Shown here piece after piece: positions 27,247 to 37,344 of a DNA stretch of 52,815 nucleotides. Origin of the DNA: a virus (lineage: Duplodnaviria; Caudoviricetes). Both the position numbers and the translations under genes were made by a program. How positions within the stretch are numbered: position 1 is the stretch's first letter; every line of letters starts with the position of its first letter. The stretch lies in IMG/VR virus record IMGVR_UViG_3300016667_000948, positions 1 to 52,815 of that record, one strand, 5' to 3'. The notes beneath the pieces are model-generated. The model was not told the origin of the DNA. It made no database searches and saw only the letters and a list, made by a program, of their open reading frames with translations.

Positions 27247-28097
27247 AAATAGTTACTAATGATTATGGCTGTGGAACTTCAAGCTCGATACTTGACTATA
27301 ATACCGATAACGTAATTGTTGTATCAGAACAAAATCACAAGCATTTATTTGATGTTCGTGGGGAAGATTTGTTGTTTGTTGGTCATGACTTTTTAATGTA
27401 TCTTTGGGATAGTCCAATCTATCGTTCTCATTGGAAAAACTATAAAGGCAAAAAGCACATTTACTGTTTCGAAAAAATTGATTGCATAGTGCCAGAATGG
27501 CAACAGAAAAGTCATTATAGTCTTTCTTTATGTCAACAGTTTACTAATAGCTTTTATGTAAGCGATGAACAAGATTGTCGCAAGTATGGGATTAAATGGC
27601 TACCTCAATGGGCATCTAGAAGATTCTATGATCAGCGTTTACAGGTGCCACAAGAAAATCGTATAACCTTTAGTGGTCAAGCAGGCGTCCTCGGTTATGA
27701 CAAAAGAGATCAGCTCCTAAACCTTATAGCAAATGATCTGGATTTAAAAGACAAATTTTACATAAGCAATAAAGCAAGAACAAAATCTTGGGATGATTAT
27801 ATAACAAATTTTCTTAATCATAAGCTTATACTGGCTCCAATTGGAAACTTTAAAGGATTCAATACGAGAACATATGAGGCGCTAACATCTGGTAGAATAT
27901 TGCTTCAGCAGGTTGATAGTGAATATAAATGGCACATTGATTCCATATCAAAGTTTAAGAATGTAAAATTTTTCGAATCATTCGCAGAATTAAAAAAGAT
28001 TCTAATGTCTATAGAATCAGAACAATTAATTGTAATTGAGTCTGATGCTCAATTCAAAGAAAATAATTTCTTTCAAAGAATAGAGCTAGTAAAATGA
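27243..28097 (+). CDS. Glycosyltransferase-like protein (GT-B, CgeB-like C-terminus)
   Basis: ITFSGQ, R..LL and NTRTYEALTSGRILL. Confidence 0.7.
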   Translation: MKIVTNDYGCGTSSSILDYNTDNVIVVSEQNHKHLFDVRGEDLLFVGHDFLMYLWDSPIYRSHWKNYKGKKHIYCFEKIDCIVPEWQQKSHYSLSLCQQFTNSFYVSDEQDCRKYGIKWLPQWASRRFYDQRLQVPQENRITFSGQAGVLGYDKRDQLLNLIANDLDLKDKFYISNKARTKSWDDYITNFLNHKLILAPIGNFKGFNTRTYEALTSGRILLQQVDSEYKWHIDSISKFKNVKFFESFAELKKILMSIESEQLIVIESDAQFKENNFFQRIELVK

Positions 28098-28738
28098 AAA
28101 AAATAATTGCGTTTTCTTTATGGGGAAACAATCCAAAATATACTATAGGCGCATTATATAATGCAGAACTAACAACAGAAATATATCCTGGTTGGGTCGC
28201 CCGATTTTATATTGGACAAAGCACTTCGGCTAACGTTTCTCGCAAACTAGAAAAGCTCGGTTCAGAGATTGTATTAATGAATGAACCTGGAGATTGGAAA
28301 GGAATGTTTTGGAGATTCTATCCGGCTGGAGAGGAAGGCGTAGAAGTAATGCTTTCACGTGATGCTGATAGTCGTCTAAACTTAAGAGAAAAAGCAGCAG
28401 TTGATGAATGGCTGGCGTCAGATAAAGACTTTCACATAATGAGAGATCATCCTGCACATGATGCTCCTATAATGGGCGGTATGTGGGGAGCTCGAGGAAC
28501 CATTCTTAAAGACATTAAGAAGATGATTGACGAATATCAAAAGGGAGATTTTTGGCAAGTTGATCAAAATTTCTTACGTGAGAAAATATATCCTCTAATA
28601 AAAGATAAATCATTTGTTCATGATGAATTCTTTGAAAAGAAACCATTTCCAACCGAGAGACAAAACAAAGAATTTGTTGGAGACGTGTTTGATGAAAACA
28701 ACATCAGACATTCAGAATATTGGAAAGCGATAAAATAA
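28094..28738 (+). CDS. Putative GT-A fold glycosyltransferase
   Basis: IAFSLWG..PKY, MFWRF, SRDADSR (DxD), FHIMRDH, MGGMWG and DQNFL; located in the glycan locus. Confidence 0.62.
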   Translation: MKKIIAFSLWGNNPKYTIGALYNAELTTEIYPGWVARFYIGQSTSANVSRKLEKLGSEIVLMNEPGDWKGMFWRFYPAGEEGVEVMLSRDADSRLNLREKAAVDEWLASDKDFHIMRDHPAHDAPIMGGMWGARGTILKDIKKMIDEYQKGDFWQVDQNFLREKIYPLIKDKSFVHDEFFEKKPFPTERQNKEFVGDVFDENNIRHSEYWKAIK

Positions 28739-28739
28739 T

Positions 28740-29459
28740 ATGTCGAACCCCGTAATATCAGTAATAATTCCTACGTATAATCGCTTCGAATATTTGATTC
28801 AAGCAATAAAAAGTGTCAAACAACAAAAATATGAAAATATAGAAATTATTGTTGTCAATGATCACAGTACTGATGAAAAATACTATGAATACAACTGGAA
28901 AAATGAAAATATAATCTTCAAAACAACAAAGTATCGAAGTAAAGAAATATATGGGTTTCCATGTGCCGCATATGTTCGTAATGAAGGTGTTGAAATTTCA
29001 AACGGCTCATTTATTGCTTTTCTTGATGATGACGACTTATGGCTGGAAAACAAAACAGATGATCATATAATTCCTTTCATAGAAGAAAGCAAATGTAGCA
29101 AAAACTCATTATCATCTTCAGATGGATATTGGGGGAATAAACCAAATCGATATCTGCCAACTGAAAAATATGTTAGATATAACGAAGAAAAATATAGTCA
29201 CTATATCTTAAGTAAATATAAGATGGAATCTTGGCCTAATATATTGACGAAAAATGAAATAGCCATACATAACTCTATAGTTACATCGTCTGTTATAGTT
29301 CATTCAAAGTTGTTCAAAAAAATTGGTTTTCCAATTTTGCCAAATGGTCAAGAAGATTATCAATGTTGGCTTAATTGCCTACAACATACTAATTTGAGGT
29401 ATTATAATATGCCCACTTTTTATTATGATGATGCACATGGATATGGAAGAAATTATTAA
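28740..29459 (+). CDS. GT2 glycosyltransferase
   Basis: ISVIIPTYNR, EIIVVNDHSTD, RNEG, IAFLDDDD and EDY. Confidence 0.93.
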   Translation: MSNPVISVIIPTYNRFEYLIQAIKSVKQQKYENIEIIVVNDHSTDEKYYEYNWKNENIIFKTTKYRSKEIYGFPCAAYVRNEGVEISNGSFIAFLDDDDLWLENKTDDHIIPFIEESKCSKNSLSSSDGYWGNKPNRYLPTEKYVRYNEEKYSHYILSKYKMESWPNILTKNEIAIHNSIVTSSVIVHSKLFKKIGFPILPNGQEDYQCWLNCLQHTNLRYYNMPTFYYDDAHGYGRNY

Positions 29460-30289
29460 TGAGTAACAATATCAATATTATAGTATATTCTTGTAACCGA
29501 GCTGCACAGCTTGATTTATTGCTCCGAAGTTTAAAACACTATTTTAAAGAATATTCGGAAGCAAATATATCTGTTGTATATGCATATACTAATGATGACT
29601 ATGAAACAGCATATAATATTGTTCGAGATGAAAATTTAGACGTAAATTTCCTTACGGATGCAAAAATTGGTTCTCTAAAAGAGACAACAATGCATGTTTT
29701 GAGAAAAGAAAACAATTTAACAATGTTTTTAGTTGATGATATTGTGTTCAAAGATTATTTTTCACTATCCGATCAAGAAATTAATTTAGTTGCATCTAAC
29801 GAAGAATTAATAGCCACGTCTTTGCGATTATGGAAAGGAATCGATCATTGCTATGCTACCAATAGCAGCTCTCCGGTACCAAATTTTGTTAAAGGAAACG
29901 TTTGGAATTGGACATTTGCTTCTGGAGATTGGGGCTATCCAATGTCAATAGATGGAAACATATATCGCACGTCTTTCATATATGAACAAATAATGAATGT
30001 TGATTTTTCGAATCCAAACAAATTAGAAGAACAATTAGCTGCCAAACCAGACCGAAAAAAAACATATATGTCATGTTACGTTAATTCAAGTAAACTTTTG
30101 AATATTCCAGCAAATATTGTACAAAAAGCTTTTCCAAACCGTCATGGCAATATCGTATCTGTTGAGGAACTTAACAGCAAATATTTAAATGGATATCGTA
30201 TACAATATAATGATTGGTTAAGTTATAGAAATAATACTGTACACGTTGAGTTAGAATATAAATGGAGTAAAAATGTTAATACCATATAA
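29459..30289 (+). CDS. GT-A fold glycosyltransferase-like protein
   Basis: IIVYSCNRAAQLDLLLRS, MFLVDD, YPMSIDG and NPNKLE; located in the glycan locus. Confidence 0.68.
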   Translation: MSNNINIIVYSCNRAAQLDLLLRSLKHYFKEYSEANISVVYAYTNDDYETAYNIVRDENLDVNFLTDAKIGSLKETTMHVLRKENNLTMFLVDDIVFKDYFSLSDQEINLVASNEELIATSLRLWKGIDHCYATNSSSPVPNFVKGNVWNWTFASGDWGYPMSIDGNIYRTSFIYEQIMNVDFSNPNKLEEQLAAKPDRKKTYMSCYVNSSKLLNIPANIVQKAFPNRHGNIVSVEELNSKYLNGYRIQYNDWLSYRNNTVHVELEYKWSKNVNTI

Positions 30290-30911
30290 AACATGTGTTG
30301 AGCTTTATGGAAAAAATTTTTCTGGTGTTGTTCATATTGGGGCTCATCATGGTGAAGAAGTAAATGCATATCAAAAGCATGGAGTTGAACACGTATACTG
30401 GATTGAAGCAAATAGAGATTTGATGAAATATTTGTTCGATGCAACTAGTCGTTTTTCAATGAAACAAGAATATATATGCGAAGTTTTATCAGATGTTGAT
30501 AATGAAGAAGTTGAGTTTAAAATAACAAACAATGGACAGTCTAGTTCAATACTCGATCTCGGAACACATCAAAATCATTATCCTCATATTAAAGTTATTG
30601 CAACAAAAAAACTTGTGACAAAAAGATTCGATACGGTTGCAAAAGAAAAGCAAATCGATTTAAAAAATGTTGATTTTATTAATCTAGATGTTCAAGGTGC
30701 TGAACTTAAAGTATTAAAGGGCTTTGGCAACATTTTTGAGACTTACCAGAATATAAAAGCAATATATTCTGAAGTTAATTTTGAAGAAGTATACGTTGGT
30801 GCCCCACACGTTAATCTTATCGATGAATATCTTAAACCATATGGTTTCATTCGTGTTAATACCCATGTAACAGATTACAAGTGGGGCGATGCTCTTTTTT
30901 TAAGAAAGTGA
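30273..30911 (+). CDS. FkbM-family SAM methyltransferase
   Basis: HIGAHHGEE, IEAN, SSSIL, NLDVQGAELKVLKG and WGDALF. Confidence 0.92.
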   Translation: MLIPYKTCVELYGKNFSGVVHIGAHHGEEVNAYQKHGVEHVYWIEANRDLMKYLFDATSRFSMKQEYICEVLSDVDNEEVEFKITNNGQSSSILDLGTHQNHYPHIKVIATKKLVTKRFDTVAKEKQIDLKNVDFINLDVQGAELKVLKGFGNIFETYQNIKAIYSEVNFEEVYVGAPHVNLIDEYLKPYGFIRVNTHVTDYKWGDALFLRK

Positions 30912-30921
30912 CGAGGCACAT

Positions 30922-31545
30922 ATGTTGATATATGATATTGGTGCAAACATTGGAAAATTTACTGAAGCTTGTTTACTTAAGCATCCAACAGCTCACATTA
31001 TATTGGTTGAAGCAAACCCACAGTTAATTGATGGATTAACAAAACGTTTCATGGGGAAATCGGTTACAATCCTTAATATATTACTTTCAAGCGAAGCAGA
31101 TATCGAACTTCCATTTTATATATCGGAAAATGAAAATACTATTTCTACAGCGTCGAAAGATTGGGTTCAAAAATCTAGATTTTCAAACAAATCAATCTGG
31201 TCAAAAAAAATACTACAAAAAACAATAACGTTGGACAAATTGCTTGAAGAATATAAAGAGCCAGATATTGTAAAAATTGATGTTGAAGGATATGAATTAG
31301 AAGTATTGAAAGGCTTAACAAAGAAACAGAAAAAAATATGTTTTGAATGGGCTGAAGAACAGCGTGACCAAATACTTCAAACTATTGATCATTTGGAAAG
31401 CATAGGGTATTCAGATTTTGGCTTTATTGAAGGTGATGAATATTTGAAAGAGCCATCTAGATGGTTGATTAAAAATGAATGTATAGCTAAAATGGAAATG
31501 ATACCAGAAAGAAAACAAAAATGGGGAATGGTTTGGGTTAAGTAA
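30922..31545 (+). CDS. FkbM-family SAM methyltransferase
   Basis: DIGANIG, VEANP, TLD and KIDVEGYELEVLKG. Confidence 0.92.
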   Translation: MLIYDIGANIGKFTEACLLKHPTAHIILVEANPQLIDGLTKRFMGKSVTILNILLSSEADIELPFYISENENTISTASKDWVQKSRFSNKSIWSKKILQKTITLDKLLEEYKEPDIVKIDVEGYELEVLKGLTKKQKKICFEWAEEQRDQILQTIDHLESIGYSDFGFIEGDEYLKEPSRWLIKNECIAKMEMIPERKQKWGMVWVK

Positions 31546-31547
31546 AC

Positions 31548-32492
31548 ATGTTACTAATTACCGGTGGAAATGGCATGTTAGGAAATGCATTGAAGATTAG
31601 CCTGTCTTTAAAAGGTATTTCATATATTGCTCCAAACTCAAAAGAGCTTAATCTCTTAAGCAAAGAAAATATTGACCAATATTTGATTTCATATGGAAAT
31701 ATATCTTGCGTATTTCATTTGGCAGCTCGTGTGGGTGGCGTAAAAGCAAATAGTGATGCTCTTGGTACTTTTTATCATGACAATGTTATGATGAATACAC
31801 ATGTAATTGAAGCTTGTGTTCGATTTAAAGTACCAAAAGTAATCTCAATGTTATCTACATGTGTTTACCCGGATGCTCCATACGTTCGTTATCCACTCAC
31901 AGAAGAACAGTTGCATATGGGACCACCACATGATAGCAACTTTGGTTATGCTTATGCTAAAAGGATGCTAGACGTACAGACAAGAGCATATCGTAAGCAA
32001 TACGGTGTCAATTACGTAACAGTAATCCCTAACAATCTATTCGGAGAACATGATAACTTTCACTTGGAAGATGGGCATGTTATTCCAGCTCTTATGAGAA
32101 AGATATGGGAAGCTAAACTTAACAACAATCCTACCGTTGAGATATGGGGAGATGGTAGTCCATTGAGAGAGTTTACTTATTCTGGAGACGTTGCTCGTAT
32201 ATTATTAAAAGTAGCAGAAGAATACGATGAAGAGATGCCGCTCAATATTGGTAATACAGAAGAACATTCTATAGCCTCTGTTGCAAAAAAACTTGTTGAA
32301 TATCTTGAATATGATGGCAAGTTAGCATTCAATGTTAACAAACCAGCGGGCCAATTTAGAAAGCCATCTTCAAACAAGAGATTATTAGAAAAAACAAGTT
32401 GGAAGGCAGAAGACTATACTCCATTTGATATTGCTTTAAAGCAAACCTGTGAATGGTTTAAAATAGCATATCCAAATGTAAGAGGAATATAA
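31548..32492 (+). CDS. fcl: GDP-L-fucose synthase
   Basis: TGGNGMLG, LAARVGG, STCVYP, YAYAK, HVIPAL and WGDGSPLREF. Confidence 0.93.
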   Translation: MLLITGGNGMLGNALKISLSLKGISYIAPNSKELNLLSKENIDQYLISYGNISCVFHLAARVGGVKANSDALGTFYHDNVMMNTHVIEACVRFKVPKVISMLSTCVYPDAPYVRYPLTEEQLHMGPPHDSNFGYAYAKRMLDVQTRAYRKQYGVNYVTVIPNNLFGEHDNFHLEDGHVIPALMRKIWEAKLNNNPTVEIWGDGSPLREFTYSGDVARILLKVAEEYDEEMPLNIGNTEEHSIASVAKKLVEYLEYDGKLAFNVNKPAGQFRKPSSNKRLLEKTSWKAEDYTPFDIALKQTCEWFKIAYPNVRGI

Positions 32493-33475
32493 TGTCAATA
32501 CAAAAGACTGCGTTTATTACTGGCGTCACCGGTCAGGATGGTTCTTATTTAGCTAAACTACTTCTAGATAAAGGTTATCGTGTTATAGGAATGAAGCGTA
32601 GAACTTCACTTATAACAACAGACCGGTTAGATGATATTGAAATCTTCAATCATCCAAACTTTAAACTTGAATATGGAAATATGACCGATTCAAGTTCTAT
32701 GTATTCCCTCCTTACAAAGTACAAGCCTGACGAGATTTATAACCTAGCTGCACAGAGCCATGTTCGGGTTTCCTTTGAGGTTCCGGAAGAAACCCTAGAC
32801 GCAGTAGGCGGCGGCACTTTAAAGCTTCTCGAGGCTTATAGGCTAATCTGTCCGCAAGCTCGTTTCTATCAAGCATCATCGTCAGAAATGTATGGAGATA
32901 ATGTAAATGTTCCTCAAAATGAGGAGACACGTATGACGCCAGCTTCTCCTTATGCTGCTGCTAAACTATATGCTCACAATCTTTGCCGTAACTATCGTGA
33001 AGGTTATGGGTTGCATATTTCTTCTGGGATTCTTTTTAATCATGAAAGTCCAGTAAGAGGTGAAACGTTCGTTACTCGCAAGATTACTATGGCTGCTGCC
33101 AATATAAAAATAGGAAAACAAGAGACGTTATATCTTGGAAATCTTGAAGCCAAAAGGGATTGGGGATATGCTGGAGATTATGTTGAAGGAATGTGGTTGA
33201 TGCTTCAACAGCCTAAAGGGGATGATTACGTAATTGCTACTGGTGAGACTCATACAGTAGAAGAATTTTTACACGTGGTCTTTGAACACGCCGGATTAGA
33301 TGTTAATAAACATTTGAAAATTGATCCAAGATTATTTAGACCTCATGAGGTTCCAATATTACTTGGAGATAGTACTAAAGCTCAAAGAATATTAGGTTGG
33401 AAACCAAAGACAACATTCCGTAGATTAGCCCAGATGATGTATGAGGCAGACTATCATAGAGCTCTTAATCTTTGA
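32492..33475 (+). CDS. gmd: GDP-mannose 4,6-dehydratase
   Basis: ITGVTGQDGSYLA, LAAQSHV, QASSSEMYG, SPYAAAK, LFNHES, GETFVTRKIT and RDWG. Confidence 0.96.
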   Translation: MSIQKTAFITGVTGQDGSYLAKLLLDKGYRVIGMKRRTSLITTDRLDDIEIFNHPNFKLEYGNMTDSSSMYSLLTKYKPDEIYNLAAQSHVRVSFEVPEETLDAVGGGTLKLLEAYRLICPQARFYQASSSEMYGDNVNVPQNEETRMTPASPYAAAKLYAHNLCRNYREGYGLHISSGILFNHESPVRGETFVTRKITMAAANIKIGKQETLYLGNLEAKRDWGYAGDYVEGMWLMLQQPKGDDYVIATGETHTVEEFLHVVFEHAGLDVNKHLKIDPRLFRPHEVPILLGDSTKAQRILGWKPKTTFRRLAQMMYEADYHRALNL

Positions 33476-33538
33476 TATTCTTGTTCTAAACATATCCTCG
33501 CAAATTAGCGAAAATATCAACATCACTAGGAGATAGTA

Positions 33539-34870
33539 ATGTCAGAAGAGAACACATTTCTCACGTCCTTTAATTTCAAGAAGAAGTATAAAGTAATCAC
33601 ACTTTCAGATCATCCACTTGCACCATCAGGTGTTGGTGTTCAAGCACGGTTCTTGATTGATGGTCTTATCAAGACAGGTCAATGGTCATTCCGCTGCTTA
33701 GGCGGCGCAATGAAGCACGCAAAGTATGATACGATAGCGGTTAACCCTGACTTCATTGTAAAGCCTGTAGACGGCTTTGGAAGCAAGGAACTTATACGCC
33801 AACTTCTTATCACAGAACAACCTGATGCTATTTTCCTATTCACAGATCCACGTCAGTTTACATGGCTTTGGGAAATGGAAGACGAAATCCATCAAGTATG
33901 TCCAATCGTCTATTGGCACGTTTGGGATAATGATCCATACCCAGCATTTAACTTCCCATGGTATGAGAGCACTGATCTAATCAACTGTCTTTCCTATAAG
34001 ACCTTTGAATTAGTTAAGCCTCATTTCCCAGAGAAGACAAACTACATTCCTCATACCTTTCCAAAAGAAGTATACAACCCTCTTCCAGAAGAACAAATAA
34101 AGCAACTTAAACAACAGAACTTTGGTCCAAAGGCTGATTGGTTTAAGGCTCTATGGGTTAATCGTAATGCTACACGTAAGATGCCAAACGATGTTTTATT
34201 TGCTTGGAAGACATTCCTTGATGATCTTGAGAAGAAAGAGGGACACCGTAATGGAGTTTTAATCATGCATACAGATCCAAATGATATGGAAGGTCCAAAT
34301 CTTCTTGCTGTATCTGATATGCTTGGATTAAACGACAACGTTTGGTTCTCAAATGATCGTCTACAATTTGAACAAATGAACGTTATGCATAATCTTTCAG
34401 ATGTAACTGTTAACGTTTCAAAGAATGAAGGATTTGGTCTTTCAACTCTAATCTCTCTTCAAGTTGGCAAGCCAATCATTGCTCTTAAGACCGGCGGTGA
34501 AACCCGTCAGGTAGAAGATTATCGTAACGGTTATCAATATGGTGTTGCTATTGAGCCAGCCAAGCGTTCTCTTGTTGGTTCACAGATGGTACCATATATC
34601 TTTGAAGACTATTGCACAGAGCGCCAACTTGCAGATGCTTTTATGGAGATTTATAGTTGGAGCCCAGAGAAGAAAGCAGAGTTCCGTGAGAAGGCTGCTG
34701 AATATCTTGAGCACGAGTTCAAGTATGAAAATATGGTTCAACAATGGCATGAAACTATGTTAAAATGTGTAGAAGACTTCAAGGCAAGAAAAGAAGCTGG
34801 ACAGAATAAGCGTTGGAAGCTTCAAGGCATTAATCCAGCTCCTGCTAACAAGTTGATCAATATTAAGTGA
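33539..34870 (+). CDS. GT4-family glycosyltransferase
   Basis: SDHP..PSGVG, TDPR, NRNATRK and NEGFGLS. Confidence 0.88.
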   Translation: MSEENTFLTSFNFKKKYKVITLSDHPLAPSGVGVQARFLIDGLIKTGQWSFRCLGGAMKHAKYDTIAVNPDFIVKPVDGFGSKELIRQLLITEQPDAIFLFTDPRQFTWLWEMEDEIHQVCPIVYWHVWDNDPYPAFNFPWYESTDLINCLSYKTFELVKPHFPEKTNYIPHTFPKEVYNPLPEEQIKQLKQQNFGPKADWFKALWVNRNATRKMPNDVLFAWKTFLDDLEKKEGHRNGVLIMHTDPNDMEGPNLLAVSDMLGLNDNVWFSNDRLQFEQMNVMHNLSDVTVNVSKNEGFGLSTLISLQVGKPIIALKTGGETRQVEDYRNGYQYGVAIEPAKRSLVGSQMVPYIFEDYCTERQLADAFMEIYSWSPEKKAEFREKAAEYLEHEFKYENMVQQWHETMLKCVEDFKARKEAGQNKRWKLQGINPAPANKLINIK

Positions 34871-34884
34871 TAAGGGATATAGTA

Positions 34885-36066
34885 ATGACAAAGAAAACAG
34901 TTATTCTTCGTGGTCCAGTATTAACCGAAAGTGGTTATGGTGTTCATGCTCGACAGGTAGCTCGTTGGCTATTTGATTTGGCAGATAAGACTGGAAATAT
35001 TGATGTTGTTACAGAGCCTCTTCCTTGGGGTGCTACACCTTGGCTTGTTGATGTATATGCGCATGATGGTCTTGTAGGTCGTCTTATTCAAGCCGCTGGC
35101 AAGAGAGATAAGTATGATGTATCTCTTCAGCTTCAGTTGCCAAATGAATGGAATCCTTTCCTTGCTGATTTTAACGTTGGTTTAACTGCGGGCGTTGAAA
35201 GCGACGTATGTAATCCTGCGTGGATTTCAGCTATCAATCGTATGGATCTTGTTATAGTTCCATCAGAGTTTGTTAAGAGTGTATTTACAAATACTGGCGA
35301 AGTAAAGACGAAGGTTGTAGTTGTTCCGGAAGCATTTATTGACTCTGTAGCAAAGCCAGAACTTCCACAGCTTGATTTAGAAGATGTTAAGACAGATACT
35401 AATTTCTTGGTGTTCGGTCAGATTACTGGTAACAATCCGGAGAATGATCGTAAGAACATGTTTTATACGGTTAAGTGGTTATGTGAGCAATTCAAAGACA
35501 ATCCAGACGTTGGTGTCATAGTAAAGACAAATACTGGCAGGCAAACTGTTGTTGATCGTATGCGAACAACAAATTTATTGGCACAACTTACGTTAGAAGT
35601 TAAGAAGGGCGCAGAGTTTCCAAAGATTTATCTTCTTCACGGGGATATGTCAGACGATGAAGTAGCTGCCCTATATCGTCATCCAAAGATTAAAGCTCTT
35701 GTGTCTCCTACTCGTGGAGAAGGATTTGGTCTTCCAATTCTTGAAGCAGCAGCATCTGGACTTCCGGTTATTGCTACTGGGTGGAGCGCACATACAGAGT
35801 TCCTTGGCAAAGGAAAGTATGTTAAGCTTGATTATCGTCTTGAACAGATTCATCCAAGCCGTGTAGATAATCAGATTTGGATGCCAAATGCCAAGTGGGC
35901 AAACGTCAAGGAAGACGATTTCAAGCATCGTGTAAAGAAGTTTGTAGAAAGCCCACAGATGCCACAGCAATGGGCTAAAGAACTTGCAGATACTCTTAAG
36001 AAGGAATATTCTTTTGAATCAGTAGCAGCTCAATATGCAGAAGTTCTCAAGGACGTATTAGAATGA
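34885..36066 (+). CDS. GT4-family glycosyltransferase
   Basis: SGYGVHAR, VIVPS, DRKN and RGEGFGLPILEAAASGLPVIAT; ATG 34885. Confidence 0.9.
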   Translation: MTKKTVILRGPVLTESGYGVHARQVARWLFDLADKTGNIDVVTEPLPWGATPWLVDVYAHDGLVGRLIQAAGKRDKYDVSLQLQLPNEWNPFLADFNVGLTAGVESDVCNPAWISAINRMDLVIVPSEFVKSVFTNTGEVKTKVVVVPEAFIDSVAKPELPQLDLEDVKTDTNFLVFGQITGNNPENDRKNMFYTVKWLCEQFKDNPDVGVIVKTNTGRQTVVDRMRTTNLLAQLTLEVKKGAEFPKIYLLHGDMSDDEVAALYRHPKIKALVSPTRGEGFGLPILEAAASGLPVIATGWSAHTEFLGKGKYVKLDYRLEQIHPSRVDNQIWMPNAKWANVKEDDFKHRVKKFVESPQMPQQWAKELADTLKKEYSFESVAAQYAEVLKDVLE

Positions 36067-36473
36067 CAATATTTTTTGGAATTTTGAGTTTGATGCTTCT
36101 AATTCTATTAGGAGCATCAATATTTTATCTAATTCGATTTGCTCGGATTATTATGATCATTGAAGATGATTTTTCTGATGCCGTTGAAGCTTTAGATGAC
36201 ACAGAGAAAACATTAGAAAAAATACTTGGCATGAGATTGTTCTTTGATAGCAAAGAAGTTCAATTGGTCGTGCAAGAGGCAATGTCAGAAGTTAAGAAGA
36301 GTAAAATGTCTGTAAATCGTGTTGCTCTTAAGTTTGTTGAACGTAGTAAACAAAAATATACAGTAGTGGTCGAAGAAGAACCAGATATACGTGAACTTCA
36401 AGAGAGAATCATGAGAGAGCGTCTACTCCGAGGAGATATGGTAGATGAAAATACGCAAGAAAACTTCCGTTGA
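36063..36473 (+). CDS. Protein with N-terminal membrane anchor
   Basis: IFFGILSLMLLILLGASIFYLI followed by helical region; ATGA overlap. Confidence 0.7.
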   Translation: MTIFFGILSLMLLILLGASIFYLIRFARIIMIIEDDFSDAVEALDDTEKTLEKILGMRLFFDSKEVQLVVQEAMSEVKKSKMSVNRVALKFVERSKQKYTVVVEEEPDIRELQERIMRERLLRGDMVDENTQENFR

Positions 36474-37287
36474 TATTTCAGCAGATATACAAGAGATTGG
36501 CGAATTATTAACGGTAGAAGTCCGTACTGATTCCATTCCTCCTATCATTTATCCTGATAAGAAAAAAGGTAGAAGAAAGATTAAGCGTAAAGGAGATCAG
36601 CCAACGCTTATCAACTACTTTACTGACAAAACTCAAGAGCAGATTATCGTATATCAGCAAGAAGCCGATACGGAAAAAAAGAAAAAGATTTATGTGAAGG
36701 AGATACTTCCTGCCTTTGATAGTCTTGTAGAAAATCTCATAAACGTTTACGGGTTTTCAGTAATGTATGAGAGTAAGCAAGACCTCAAGCATGAGTGCCT
36801 TCAGTTCTTATATACGGCTGTTGATAAGTTTAATGCCGAAAAGGGAAGCAAGGCTTTCTCTTATTTTAACGTTGTAGCAAAGAACTGGCTTACTATTAAG
36901 AGTAAGCAAAACATGAAGCGAGCACAAAGTTATATCTCTATAGACGATAGAGACAATCTATCAAAAGAAGATCTTGAGCAGATTGAGACACATCAGTTTC
37001 ATCCTGGATTTGAAGAAGTATATACCATGGTCAATACCCATGAATATTTGACAAAGCTCGTTGGAGCAATAGAAGATAAGACAAAGACCGATAACGAAAA
37101 AATGGTTGTTAATGCTATTAAAGTTTTGATTAATAACCTTGAAGACGTTGATCTTTTAAGTAAGCGGGCGATATTACTCTATGTAAGGGAACTCACAACT
37201 TTAAGTTCAAAACAGTTGTCAATTGTATTGAGTTCTCTTAAGAGACATTATCGTGATGTAAAGAACGGCGACGAGTTTAGTATTTGA
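36445..37287 (+). CDS. Phage RNA polymerase sigma-like factor (gp55-like late sigma)
   Basis: Region-2-like DLKHECLQFL..AVDKFNAEKGSKAFSYFNVVAKNWL resembles sigma/gp55 F.P.K...F.YF; lies just before the structural module. Confidence 0.7.
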   Translation: MKIRKKTSVDISADIQEIGELLTVEVRTDSIPPIIYPDKKKGRRKIKRKGDQPTLINYFTDKTQEQIIVYQQEADTEKKKKIYVKEILPAFDSLVENLINVYGFSVMYESKQDLKHECLQFLYTAVDKFNAEKGSKAFSYFNVVAKNWLTIKSKQNMKRAQSYISIDDRDNLSKEDLEQIETHQFHPGFEEVYTMVNTHEYLTKLVGAIEDKTKTDNEKMVVNAIKVLINNLEDVDLLSKRAILLYVRELTTLSSKQLSIVLSSLKRHYRDVKNGDEFSI

Positions 37288-37344
37288 TTATGAATATATT
37301 TGGTTATACAAATAAGTAAGAAACATTGATATATTTAGGGTTAT

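Noticed and set aside
22511-36066. Host chromosomal O-antigen locus or assembly chimera
   Set aside because: Genes overlap continuously with the phage sigma and neighbours, share phage promoter motifs, and lack wzx/wzy/wzz
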